Origin: Rhizophagus irregularis
Lineage: Eukaryota
Direction of reading: 5' to 3'
Assembly: GCF_026210795.1 (NCBI RefSeq)
Contig: NC_089433.1
Coordinates: 3,038,001 to 3,102,000 of the forward strand
Length of the DNA: 64,000 bases
Part shown: positions 37,601 through 49,481 of the stretch, in pieces
Layout: each line of letters starts with the position of its first letter
Numbering within the stretch: the stretch's first letter is position 1
Translations under genes and position numbers: made by a program
Notes under the pieces: generated by a model
Told to the model about the DNA's origin: nothing
Seen by the model: only the letters and a program-made list of their open reading frames with translations
Databases searched by the model: none

Positions 37601-38787
37601 CAATACTTCGGCAACATTCTGATTTACAAAACTTTATTCAAACACATTGCCAAATTCGGACTTATTCATTCCAAGTATGTATTTATAGGTTTATGAATTC
37701 AAAACTTACAATAATTTGATTTTAGTTTTAATTAACATCAATTCATTAAAATTCATTAACTTGAGTAGCATAAAATACATTGTTTTGGTAGATAAAAAAA
37801 TGTGGCAACATTGAATGTGAAATTTGTACTATGCCACGAACACCACAAGAAGTTTTTGAATCTCTTAATTTTCTTCCAGACCCAACGCCAGCAGGTACGA
37901 TTCAATTTGATTTCAATATTACCAAATCAGAATATTAAACTAATAATATATAGCTCATGATTCTGATCATTATGCCAATTTTTCTATGGTGTATAATAAA
38001 CCTACGACTGATGAGCATCAACCATCTAAAAAAATTGCTGCTACTGGTACGGAAAGAGGACTATCAGGATTGTATATTAATACCAAGGTTCGTGAATTCA
38101 TAACTTGTAATGAATGTTCAAAGGTACGTTGCTTATTTAGTGGGAGGCAGCTTACTGAACAAGATGGTCTTGAGATTCAACATGCTATAGAGAACTGGCC
38201 TTATACATGTGGATCTACCGTTTTTCCACAGGATCACAACTTGTTTGATAAAGTGTTTGTTCGGGAGAAAATTTGTTGTAAAACACCAATGGAATTTACT
38301 TACTATTCTTGTCGAAAAGTCCATTCTGATCGGTGCTACCATTGTGGATCAACAGATGATTTACAGGACAAGCCGGATTCACTAATGGAAAAATATAAAT
38401 CAATACTCTCTTTATGTGCAGGTTGCCAAGATAAAGGGCTGGATTTTTTTTGTCGAATGCCAATACAAACTAAAAAACGTAAGCATAACCAATAAATATT
38501 TTATTGTAGTATTAATGTAAACCATAAATCAAACTGAATAATATAATTTTACGAATCTGCAATGCAAATAAATTTACCAATTTCCTTTTAAGTATTTATT
38601 CAATTACAAATATAAATAATACAAATATTTACATTTTTATAAATTTAAATTATTTTTTTTTATACTTATATAGCCATCAAAATTTTTTATATGGTGTTCA
38701 AAATTTGGTGTTGATTATTTACCTCTCCCCCCCTTCTAAATTTTGGCCAAGATGTTACGTTAAACACATTATCCAATTGGTCCAGCC
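34616..38787 (+). mobile_element. Zator-like DNA transposon
   Basis: ~34-bp imperfect TIRs (GGCCGATCCAATTTGATCATATGTTTAACATAAC / reverse complement GGCTGGACCAATTGGATAATGTGTTTAACGTAAC), GG...CC termini, 3-bp TAA TSD. Confidence 0.8.
34843..38495 (+). pseudogene. Multi-exon Zator/TP36-like transposase with Cys-rich C-terminus; premature stop near 36494
   Basis: ADDKHKVAIG, SDHDF, TDGGPDHR and APAQSWTNPAERIMS resemble Zator motifs (DDKA, DHD, DGGPD, APxxSxxNxVERxM). GT-AG introns at ~36016, 36321, 37487, 37675 and 37895. In-frame TAA in exon 3. Confidence 0.75.
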
Positions 38788-39052
38788 TAACTAAAATAAT
38801 TGCAATGACAAAAAAGTCATTAAATTATGCATTATGTATAATCATAATTATATTTAATATAATTATTACAATGCCAGATGTAACTTTAATAAATATCATT
38901 TATTTTTGTGACTACAATAATTGCAAAGACAAGAAAAGTAGGACCCGAACAATACATAAAAAGGTAACAATACGTAGTTTGCGTAAAATGAGCCCAAAAT
39001 TGTGTAGATCATTGCTTTTTTAGATACTTCTGACCAGCATTACATAGTGCTG

Positions 39053-39243
39053 AGTAGTATAGAAATGCCAGTTCTGGCTCACTTTTCTTGGAGTCCAATC
39101 CTGGTTACCTTTTTCTTGCTATCCCCTTGTTGCTCTCCCACCGGCTGTGGGTCCGATCCTGGTCACCTTTTTATATTTTTCACCTACTTGTATCACCTTT
39201 TTTATATTTTTACCTACTTATATCCTACTTATCTCATAATCTA
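39053..39243. repeat. Polinton left TIR, outer part
   Basis: Reverse complement of ~61438-61684; continues at 48575 after the nested insertion. Confidence 0.92.
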
Positions 39244-40394
39244 CATCAGGAAATTATATAGTGCGAAAAGTTGCGCAAGTTTACACATCATAATATTTCG
39301 TAAGCTTCCAGACCCGCCGCAAGTTTGCGTAAGCGTAATATTTCGTAACTTTTTAAAATATTTCAAAATATTACGATATGCAAAGCTTCGTAATTTTACG
39401 ATTTGTAATATTCCGTAATTTTGCGGTTCGCAATATTTCGTAATTTTACATAATATTTCGTAAGTTTTCAGACCCGCCGCAAGTTTGCGTAAGCGTAATA
39501 TTTTGTAACTTTTTAAAATATTTCGAAATATTACTGTATGCAAGGCTTCGTAATTTTACGATTCGTAATATTCCGTAATTTTACTGCGTAATACTTCGCA
39601 ACTTTTTAAAATATTTCGAAATTCTATGATGCGTAATGTTCCATAATTTGACGATTCGTAATATTCTGTGATTTTACACAACTTAATATTTCGTAATATT
39701 TCAAAATATTTCGATAAATAATACTTCATTTTCTGTACTATAAGTTTATATAATGTATGTTTTATTAGATATAATCATAAAAAATTACAAGTATTTATTA
39801 ATATATACAGAATACATAAAAGTAAAAAAGAGAAAGAGTAGAGTAACAATATTATTAGACGTAAAAAGAAGAGAAACAGCTATAGTAACGTTAGTATTAG
39901 ATATAAAGATAAAAGAAATATTGTTATTATTGTTAGTATTAAGGTAAAAAGAGTTAAAGAAACAGTAAAAGGAGTAAAAGAAACATGGATATTATCGTTA
40001 GTATTAAAGTACAAGTAAAAAGGAATAAAGGAAACGTAGATAGTATTGTTAGTATTACGACATAAAGTAACAAAGAGGTAAAAAAAAATGAAAATAATTA
40101 GTATTAATAAACAAATATTTCTATACCTGCAAAGCAATAAATTATGAAATATATGTAAATATATTGTATATAATTAAAGAAATAATAGAAAGAAGAGACA
40201 AAAAAATTAAAAATATTGAACAAAAGAATAAAGAAATAAGAAACAAAAATAAATAAGACAAAAACGCGTGCATGATTAAATGATTAAATGATTAAATCAC
40301 ATGCAAGGATCAGCCTAATTTGATTGGCCAGAAAATACGATATCGTAAAATTACGGAAATCCGCATTTTAAAAAATCACAGAAATTGTATATGC

Positions 40395-40600
40395 ACAATT
40401 ACTAAATATTATCCCCTCGTGATAAATTAAAAATTATCAACACAAATTCAACACAAATTTAACAAATTTAACGAAATTTGGCCAAAATTAACAAATTTTT
40501 ACCAGAATTATCAACACAAATTGAACACAAATTGAACACAAATTTCAGCCACGATTTATTTATGTCACACCCGTGTTGTTAAGAATTAATAACCATTTTA
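40395..40600. repeat. Internal inverted repeat, left arm
   Basis: Reverse complement of ~46285-46490 (CAACACAAATT-rich). Confidence 0.9.
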
Positions 40601-40668
40601 TTTATTAAAACTATATTAATTATGGTAAAAAAAATGCTATTACGTGTGATATATATAAAAAATAATAT

Positions 40669-42089
40669 TTATTTTTTATGCAACCCATAATTCTCTAATA
40701 AACTATTTACATACCGACCTTCCTCCTCCGTGTTATAAGAGTCAATAGAAAGTATATCATCGTCAGCTATGCCATCATTGGCCGCACCATCGTTGGCCGT
40801 ACCATTGTTGGCCGCATCATCGTTAGCCGCACCATCGTTAGGCCTACCATCGTTAGTCACATCATCATCAGCCGCACCTGCTCTATCGTCAGCTGCTCTA
40901 TCACCACCATCGTCTACATCATTACCATCATGAGAATCATCGTCCGAATGTGTAAATTTATCCCTATTTTCCAACTTTTGCTAAAAATCAATAAATAAAT
41001 AAATAAACTGTAATTCAAATAATTCACATTTTGCAAATTGTAAATTAAAAACTTACTAAGTTGTTGATTATCTTCGACTTCATTATACTTTCGCTCATTT
41101 GAATGTTTTGATTATTAGGATTTAAGTACGTTTCACATATGCTAATCGCATACGCTATTTGTGTTTTTGAGAGATTTTTATTTTCTTTTCGCAACTTATC
41201 AATTATCAGCGACATATATGTCGTAGGTTGCCCATCTTTAACCTTTTTAAATAGGTTGTTGTAACATCTTTTCACCTCCGCCTTACTCTTCCATTCCTGA
41301 ATCTTTGACGGACTAGCCTGAGTGTTAATAGACGGTAATTTATGCCCAGTCGCTTCGAAAACAGAATACATAACGTCTTTAACTCTAGACGTAAACGTCC
41401 CTCGTATGCTTCTATGTTGTTGTACTAACTATTAAAAAAAAATGTTAGTATGAAATTTAATAAAATTCATAATTGCTTTAACTTACAGTCGGGGCAATTT
41501 TTTTTTTCGAAAAAAATAATCCATTGATTTTTTTTGAACTGGCGCATAAATTCCGGATTTTCGTCTTTTAAATATTTTTCGGTAGCGAGTTTGTACTCGT
41601 CTTGCGAAGGATAAACAAAATTTTCAAATAAAATTTTCGATACCTTCTTAACGAGCTCCTAATCAAACGAGGTTAGCATTTCAGGTTTACATTAAATAAT
41701 ATTCATCTTTATTACCTTTACATACTCCGGATCTATTGTATTATTATTATTTTTGTTATTATCGTTGAGCTTTTTTTCTATGCTCGAGAGACGGGTTTCG
41801 AGATTTTTTTGTCCGGTGATAAGAACTTCAAGCTTAGAAATTATCTGCGAATTGGTTCTTAATAGTTTTTCTATTGTTTTTTTATTAACTTTAACAATAA
41901 AATATAATTTAACTATATATTATATAATTTCTTTTATAAAGAATATGATACATATTATGTCATATATACCATCAACACTATCATCGGATATTCTCACTCG
42001 CTTCTCAGCTTCGCTACCCTCAGTACTACGTTTTGAAAATCTTTCATTATCATCAATTCTTCATTTCTCGCCACGCTTTGTAGCCATTA
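40669..42089 (-). pseudogene. Multi-exon accessory gene of the Plavaka element, acidic C-terminus, early premature stop
   Basis: MATKRGEK*RIDDNERFSKR... at 42089, further exons at ~41715-41890, 41045-41430 and 40669-40980 bounded by GT-AG; divergent from the transposase. Confidence 0.55.
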
Positions 42090-43208
42090 TGATAATAAAT
42101 TTGAAACGAAAATATGAGAAAAAGGAGGAAATATATGAGAAAAAAGAGGAAATATATGAGAAAAAAGAGGAAATATATGAGAAAAAGGTGAACTAGAAAA
42201 TTCGAAAAGGATGAGGAAAAAGGGGGAAATACATGAATCAGAAATTCAGAAAAAGGAGGCAAGCTGTCATAAGGTAATTTCCGCCATTCTATACTAAAAA
42301 AGAAAAAAAACTTGCGAAATATTGCGAAAAATGGATGAACTAATGTGAAATATTACAAAAAATGAATGTACTAATGCAAAAATTTTGCATCGTGATATTA
42401 CGAAAAAATATTGTAACACTTTCATAAGAGAACTTTAAAAAAAAACTCTCGTAAAAGCACATAGTACAATCGAAATATTAATCAAATCCAATTTATAAAA
42501 AAATAACATGTTACACATGTTGGGGCTTTTATGCATGGAAAAAAAAGTTGCAGCCAGTGAACTCATTTGGCTGATCAGATTGATAGTGATCTTGAGCGCT
42601 TATAACCTGATTATCGCATAAATTTGTGGCTGATCATCCGTCCATTATTGTAAAAGTGATTTGCCGTGTTAAGCCAATAAATTTGCGGCTGATTATCAGA
42701 TGATTAGCCGATTGAATAAGCCATCCGAATTCTTACAGCCCGTTACAGCAAATTCAAAATATGCGAAACACTCAGCACTTTTGCTGTCAGATTCACTTGG
42801 CAGGTTGCCGGCAAATTGAAATAGTAAATAAAATAATAAACAATATTTATATGGTACATCATAGACTTGTTACATTTATTTTTAAATTTGCCAACCCACG
42901 AACTTGGCAAGTTCCCGACAGCAAAATTGCTGAGTGTTTCGCATATTTTAAATTTTGCTATAATGCGTAAAATTGCGAATGATTCCGCGATATTAGCCAC
43001 CAGATTCTTACAGCCAGTTCCATTCATTAATGCGTAAATTTGCGTAGTCGTGTCTATTCAAATAACTCAATCAATTGTAATCCATTCAATTAATTCATTA
43101 AATTTTTACAATGAATTTGCAATATAATTTTATTAGCACACATAATCTCATATAAATTAAATAGTGAATTGATACTTTTCATCAAATTTGACGCGTTAAT
43201 TTAGTAAC

Positions 43209-46188
43209 ATGAGTTTCAAATGCCCCCTTTGTATGCGAATATTCAGTCAACGCTTTGCATATACTCAACACGCCCAAAAATGCTTAAAAAATGTAGAAGT
43301 AGAAGTAGAAGATGATGATGATAATAATGATAGTGAAAAATATAGCAGTGAAATGGATACAAGAAGTAATCTAAGTAGTGAATATGAAAATGATAAAGTT
43401 GAGGTAATTATGTTATTCCAGATTATTCTTTTTAAAGAAAAAGCTCAAATTATACTAACTCATTTTGGTTTATAATTTTAGGTGAATGATGATAATAATG
43501 TACAAAATATGTCATTTGACAGTATTGGAAGTGCAATATCAGAGATGAGCCTTGAAGATAGTAACTTTGAAAATATATTAGATTCATCTGAAGAGCCTGA
43601 AATTTTTGAAGAACCCAAAAATCTCAATACCAAAACTTGCACAGAATTTCCTAATGATGCTTATAAAGATCTAATGTTATTAGTAACGAAATATAAAATA
43701 AACAATAAAGGTGGTAATGAAATAATACGTTTTTTTAATAAACATTCAAATCTTACAGAATCACCATTACCAAAAAATATCGAACAGGGACGAGCATTTA
43801 TGAATAATATGAAGTTTTCTAATTTAGAATTTAGTAAAGTTCTTATAACAAAACATAAAGATAAAGATTATTTTCTTTATTATCAAAACTTAATACAGTG
43901 CATCAAAAATATCTTAACTGTTCCTGACATAACACAAAATTTTGCGCTATCTTACGAAAACTATGAGGTAAATAGTAAATATTAGTTAATTCAATAATTT
44001 AAATAATATTTATTTTAATTTATTTATATTATTTTATAGTATAATAGAGAAAGAATTTACAGTGAACAAAACACTGGAAAATGGTGGAAAACTACGCAAG
44101 AATCCTTACCTACTGGTTCCAAATTATTATCAATTATTTTATATTCAGATGCAACAACTACAGATACATTAGGAAAAAGTCAATTGCATCCAATATATAT
44201 TACATTAGGTAATATCCCAATATGGCGTCGTAATAAACAGGATGCAAAGCAACTTTTGGGATATTTACCAATTTTAGAAGCTGCAAATAAAGATCTGGTT
44301 CGTGATACCTTTCATAAATCTTTACATCATTTACTAGAACCTATTATTTTATTAAAAGATGGTATAGACCTTTTTATAAATAATGAAAATACCTGGTTTT
44401 ATCCTAGAGTTTCAACTATTATTGCAGATTGGCCAGAGGCCGCAAGTTTTTGTTTAGTTTATAAATCCTCCAATTCAAACCTTCCATGTCACTCCTGTTT
44501 AGTTAAAAGGGAAAATCTTGCAAATATAGACTTATCGGTTAACGATGTAATACTAAGAACTCATGATGAAATGCGTAAACATTTTGAAAATGATACACAA
44601 AGATCTGTTTGCATAGAATCTGTACATAATTTTTTTTGGGATTTACCGTAAGTATGCAAAAGTAGAAATAATTATAATAACATATATAATTAATTATAAA
44701 TATTTATATTATCAAGGAATATAAATATCTACTTGGCTACTGTTTCTGACAGAATGCATCATTTAGATTTAGGTTTATTTCATTATCAAATTATCTTCAC
44801 GTGCGATATCTTAAAATTGCAACATGTTAATGGTAATAAATTAGTTGAAGAAGTAGATCGCCGTCTAGCAGCAATCCCACGTTTTCCCGCCATTAAAATT
44901 TTTTCCAATGGACTGCAGTCAATTGCAAGATTAACTGCTAATGAATATCGAAGTTTGATGAAAGTCATGATATTTGTTATTGATAATTTATATGATGAAA
45001 ATAACAATGAAGTAGATAATTTTGTAAATAATGATGATCTTACGAAATTGTACGAATATTGGAATGAAATGTATATTTTAAGTAGATATGAAGAATTTAG
45101 TGAAAGTGACTTGGAGAAATTTAATGTATGTATTAAAATTTTAGTAAAATTGAAAATTTAAATTAAATAAATTAAATTAACATTTAAGTTTTAGAATGCA
45201 ATACATAGATGGGCCCGGATGTTTGTCAAGGCTTTTAAATTTGTTTCTCCTTCCAATTTGAAGTTACCTAAATTGCATTCATGGGTTTATCATATTATTG
45301 ACTCAATACGATCTTATGGCGCAATAAATGGCTATACTACAGAAACTTACGAAAGTCTTCACAAATATTTCGTTAAAATACCCTACCGAATTAGCAATAA
45401 AAAAGATGTCAAACCTCAGATTTTACGAACTGTAAGTATTTGAAAATTTTATTTATTGTATATATTTATTATATAACTTAAGATGGAAATTAAATTAATA
45501 GATAAAACGTCAAGCAATATCTATTAGAATGTCTCAACATTCAGTGAATCCGGCAAAAACACCTCGCACTTGTAAATTTTCTGCAAGACTCTTTGAATTC
45601 TCTTTACAAGATGCAAATACATTTTTTAATGAAAAAAAAGATTCCGTAGACAATAAAATGCAGACTGGTTTTGCTAGATTTATAAGTTGTCTGGATTCAT
45701 ATCTAGATTTACTTGATGGTTTCACAATTATTGGTGAAACCCGAATAAATATATACGGATCGGTAACACTGGAAAATGGTGCCATAATGCGTGCCACAAA
45801 CAGGTATCATAATAAAGTATGGTTTAGCGACATAGCTATTTCAATGGATTCTGAAGAATCAAATGATTATATATCAGACAAAGGACTTTGTTATGGACAG
45901 GTATTTTTCCAATTTATGTAATAATTTATTATAAAAGTATTAATAAATATTTATTATTTATAGGCCTTATTGTTAGCAGAAGTATTAACAGACCCACCGC
46001 TAAATCTCGCATTAATTCAATGGTACGATTTTAAATCTAAAAGGAACCCATATTTATATGGATGTCCTCACTTAAAATTGATAGAATTATATAACTTTGT
46101 AGCTATAGAGTCTATACATGGTGTCGTTCACATAGTACCCCGATTTGATAAACAAAATGAATATTTCGTAAATAAATATATTTTTTAG
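43209..46188 (+). CDS. Plavaka (CMC/CACTA-related) transposase with N-terminal zinc finger, about 7 exons
   Basis: CPLC...HAQKC; YSDATTTDTLGKSQLHPIYITLGNIP; ADWPEA; PCHSC; DRMHHLDLGLF; LPKLHSW...TTETYESLHK; GT-AG introns between the listed ORFs. Confidence 0.88.
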
Positions 46189-46284
46189 TCACTTGATATA
46201 GGAGTTTTGATTTATTTTAATAAAATTATATCCTTAAAAGAATTTATGGTCACGTTTTCCATATCATAAATAAAATGCAGATTT

Positions 46285-46490
46285 ATTTATTTAATTATTA
46301 ACAACATGGGCGTGACATAAATAAATCGTGACTGAAATTTGTGTTCAATTTGTGTTGATAATTCTGGTAAAAAATTTGTTAATTTTGGCCAAATTTCGTT
46401 AAATTTGTTAAATTTGTGTTGAGTTTGTGTTGAATTTGTGTTGCGTAATTTTTATTTATCACAAGGGGATGATATTTAGTAATTGCATGT
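46285..46490. repeat. Internal inverted repeat, right arm
   Basis: Reverse complement of ~40395-40600. Confidence 0.9.
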
Positions 46491-46996
46491 ACGACGTACA
46501 AGATTTTTTTTATGATTTTTTTAAGAAATGTACGCAAAATATTTAATCAGAATATAATTGTTTTATTTTTAAATATGATATATTGATGATTTTTTTTTAA
46601 AATTCAATAGAATGTGCTAATAATAAATTGTTTTATTTTTAAATATAATATATTGATATTTATATTTAAATAACCAAAACATGTACATGATTTTTAATTA
46701 TTTTTAATTGAAATCAAACTAAGATTTTTTTTTAAAAAAAAATTAAAATAAATTAAGTGATTTATATCTATATTTAGAATCATGATATTTATATTTAGAT
46801 AATCCATATCCGCATGAGATTTAATTAATATGTTTAATGATGAAAAGTCTAATAAATTAAATTTTAATTGAAACGAGAAATAAAATCAAACCAAAGAGGT
46901 ATTGTTCAAATTTTATTTAAAGTGACATTTTACGACTTTCTTTCAAATTTTTACTCATCCCAAAATCAAATTATAAAAATAAAATCAAATCTAATA

Positions 46997-47637
46997 ATGC
47001 CTCGCCAAACACGTCGTCGTTCTTATAACGTCCATTGGAACTGGGCTATGATGGACGAACTTGTCGACATATGCCGCGACAGAAACCACGCCTACCATAA
47101 TATTAATGGTAGAAGCCGCCATGATTTTTGGGACTCTGTTGCCAATAGGTTCATATGACTAATATCTATAATTTTCTTTAAGAAAGAATTTAAATTCAAA
47201 TTAACCAATCCATTTAATTGAATCAGAATAAATAGAATATTTCGAACGAGGGTTTCTGGGCAACAGTGCAGCCAAAAGTGGAGGAACCTCGTCAGGGATT
47301 ACCATGTAAGTAAATAAATAAAATTACATTCATTTAAATTAAATGTATTTACCGAATATTCAAACTGATTTTGATATTTAGAACTATGTCCTTTATCGTA
47401 ATGGTATCCCTGATCGGCCTGGGCGGCGGCTGTGGACGCGTACCGGCCAAAGATATTATCGCGAATTTAGAACGAGATTTTGGGAGAGGCCGGGTAATTA
47501 TACTATAATAAAATTTTATAATTAATATTACATTCTATTTTACGTTCACATTTTAAATTTGATAAATTTGATCAATTTTAGATATGCGTGACGATCGTAG
47601 GAGAAGGAGAAACTTACCTACGTATCGTAGAAGATAA
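46997..47637 (+). CDS. Small Myb/SANT-like (trihelix) DNA-binding protein, 4 exons
   Basis: Exons 46997-47148, 47227-47305, 47382-47493 and 47582-47637 give ...HWNWAMMDELV...FWDSVANRINRIFRTRVSGQQCSQKWRNLVRDY...; the W-W-W spacing is that of trihelix domains. Confidence 0.8.
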
Positions 47638-47718
47638 TTATTTTTATTTTTTTATTTATTAAGTGAGTAGCTAGGCCCAGTCCGTACCAAATATCGGCTG
47701 GAGACTCACGTTTTTTTT

Positions 47719-47792
47719 GGGCTGTGACTGATACTGACGTCCACGCCGTACAGCCTGAATACTATTTTATAAAATAGTAGCGAACAAGTATC
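47719..47792 (+). ncRNA. HDV-like self-cleaving ribozyme (predicted)
   Basis: P1 GGGCTGT/ACAGCCT (G1-U wobble), P2 GATACT/AGTATC, P3 ACG/CGT, L3 TCCACGC, P4 TACTATTTT/AAAATAGTA, J4/2 GCGAA. Confidence 0.75.
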
Positions 47793-48034
47793 AAATGTAT
47801 ATTTTTTTATTAAGTTATAATAAAAATTAGAATTTACTTTAATTTTTAACATAAAAATTGTAAATAATAAAAAATTCGTAAATAAAAATAAATTTGCTTT
47901 CCCAAACTTAAAAAAAAAGGTGTTTATATAAAAGAAAAGGTGTTTATATTATTTTTGATTATTCAATAGTATCACATGCCCCTTGTATATGTTCTACTGC
48001 ATACGCAGTTTACAATCTCGTAAATTTTCAAAAC

Positions 48035-48400
48035 GGAATATTACGCAGGTTTACAGTCTCGTAAATTTTCGAAATATTTCAACCGTAATATTACGCAGGT
48101 TTACAGTTTCGTAAATTTTCGAAATATTTTAACCGTAATATTACGCAGGTTTACAGTCTCGTAAATTTTCGAAATATTTCAACCGTAATATTACACAGGT
48201 TTACAGTCTCGTAAATTTTTGAAATATTTCAACCGTAATATTACGCAGGTTTACAGTTTCGTAAATTTTTGAAATATTTCAACCGTAATATTACGCAGGT
48301 TTACAGTTTCGTAAATTTTCGAAATATTTCAACCGTAATATTACGCAGGTTTACAGTTTCGTAAATTTGCAGAATATTTTGACCATAATATTGCGTAAAT
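48035..48400. repeat. Subterminal 50-bp tandem repeat (about 7 copies)
   Basis: AATATTACGCAGGTTTACAGTYTCGTAAATTTTCGAAATATTTCAACCGT repeated head to tail. Confidence 0.93.
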
Positions 48401-48574
48401 CTTACGATATTGTAAACTTACGTAATATTTTAACCGTAATATCACATAAATCTTACGAAATTGTAAACTTACGTAATATTTTGAAATTTTTTGAAATATT
48501 ATGCCATAAACTTTCATAAACTTACAAAATCGTAAACTTACGCAATTTTTCGCGCTATAAAATTTCCTGATGTA

Positions 48575-48792
48575 ATTCACTTATATCCTACTTATTTCAT
48601 AATCTAAATCGTTTATTAATATTTTCACCTACTTACCCCCCAACCGAACAAGAAATAGGATTTCAAAGCCAACAGAGCCAAAAAAGGTAAGGAAATATTA
48701 ACCCATCCAGGAAACCAGCCATGGAGTCAATAGAGTGGAATAGCAAGGCAAGCAATTACCCTTATACCGAGAAAAAATGTAATTGAATAAAA
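48575..48792. repeat. Polinton left TIR, inner part
   Basis: Reverse complement of ~61220-61437. Confidence 0.92.
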
Positions 48793-48832
48793 GGTAGGTA
48801 CCAAATAACTATACAGATAAACAGTACATAAC

Positions 48833-49279
48833 ATGGCATATACCGCGGAAAAGTTGGCATCAATCTTCGGCTGCACAGTCTCCAATCTTATGGCTATCAA
48901 TAGGGAGATCCTAAAAAGCCACCAAACCCCGTATGCAGTATCAGTAATCCCCGAACTTGTAGGCCATATCCTGGAATACATTCCAAGTAGAAATTTCGGG
49001 ACACATCTTCTAGAAGTCAGCCCAATCTGGAGAGTTGAAGCTGAACGAGTACTCTGGAAGCGGCATAAAGAAGCCGAGGAGGCATACGACAGGGCAGTAG
49101 AAAAGAAGGAAAAAGCAAATGATGCTCTTGGTCGATCAGAGGAGGAGGGTAATAGAAATCGTGACCTCCGTGAACTTGAATGGGAGGCATATCAAAAGGC
49201 TTGTAAAGAGAGAACAAATGCCGCAGTAGAGCATATTATGGTAAAAGAAGCTATTCGCCATTGTAACTTACAACTATAA
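48833..49279 (+). CDS. Polinton ORF, possible F-box-like + coiled-coil protein
   Basis: IPELVGHILEYI...LLEVSPIWR resembles the F-box pattern (LPxEllxxIfxyL...vcrxW); charged helical tail. Confidence 0.5.
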   Translation: MAYTAEKLASIFGCTVSNLMAINREILKSHQTPYAVSVIPELVGHILEYIPSRNFGTHLLEVSPIWRVEAERVLWKRHKEAEEAYDRAVEKKEKANDALGRSEEEGNRNRDLRELEWEAYQKACKERTNAAVEHIMVKEAIRHCNLQL

Positions 49280-49481
49280 GTTACTTAAGGATAGAGAATA
49301 CATCGGGACGAGGATGTGTTCGGTGACTCGGATGACGATGACTCAGATGGTGAGGAATAGTTTAGGAAGACAGTACTAATCTGTCTCCCTCTTTTTTTAC
49401 CCTCATAGGGTAGGCAGACAATTAATTTTATTTTCAGAAAAAATCTAATTGAATAAAAGAGGAGTATAAAAAGTTTACAAG

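Larger units (their letters stand above)
39244..48572. mobile_element. Plavaka/CMC-type DNA transposon inserted in the Polinton left TIR
   Basis: Ends CATCAGGAAAT...ATTTCCTGATG; TA duplication confirmed against the uninterrupted right TIR; subterminal repeat arrays at 39260-39720 and 48000-48560. Confidence 0.88.

Noticed and set aside
48035..48400. CRISPR-like regular repeat
   Set aside because: Head-to-tail units without spacers; these are transposon subterminal repeats.
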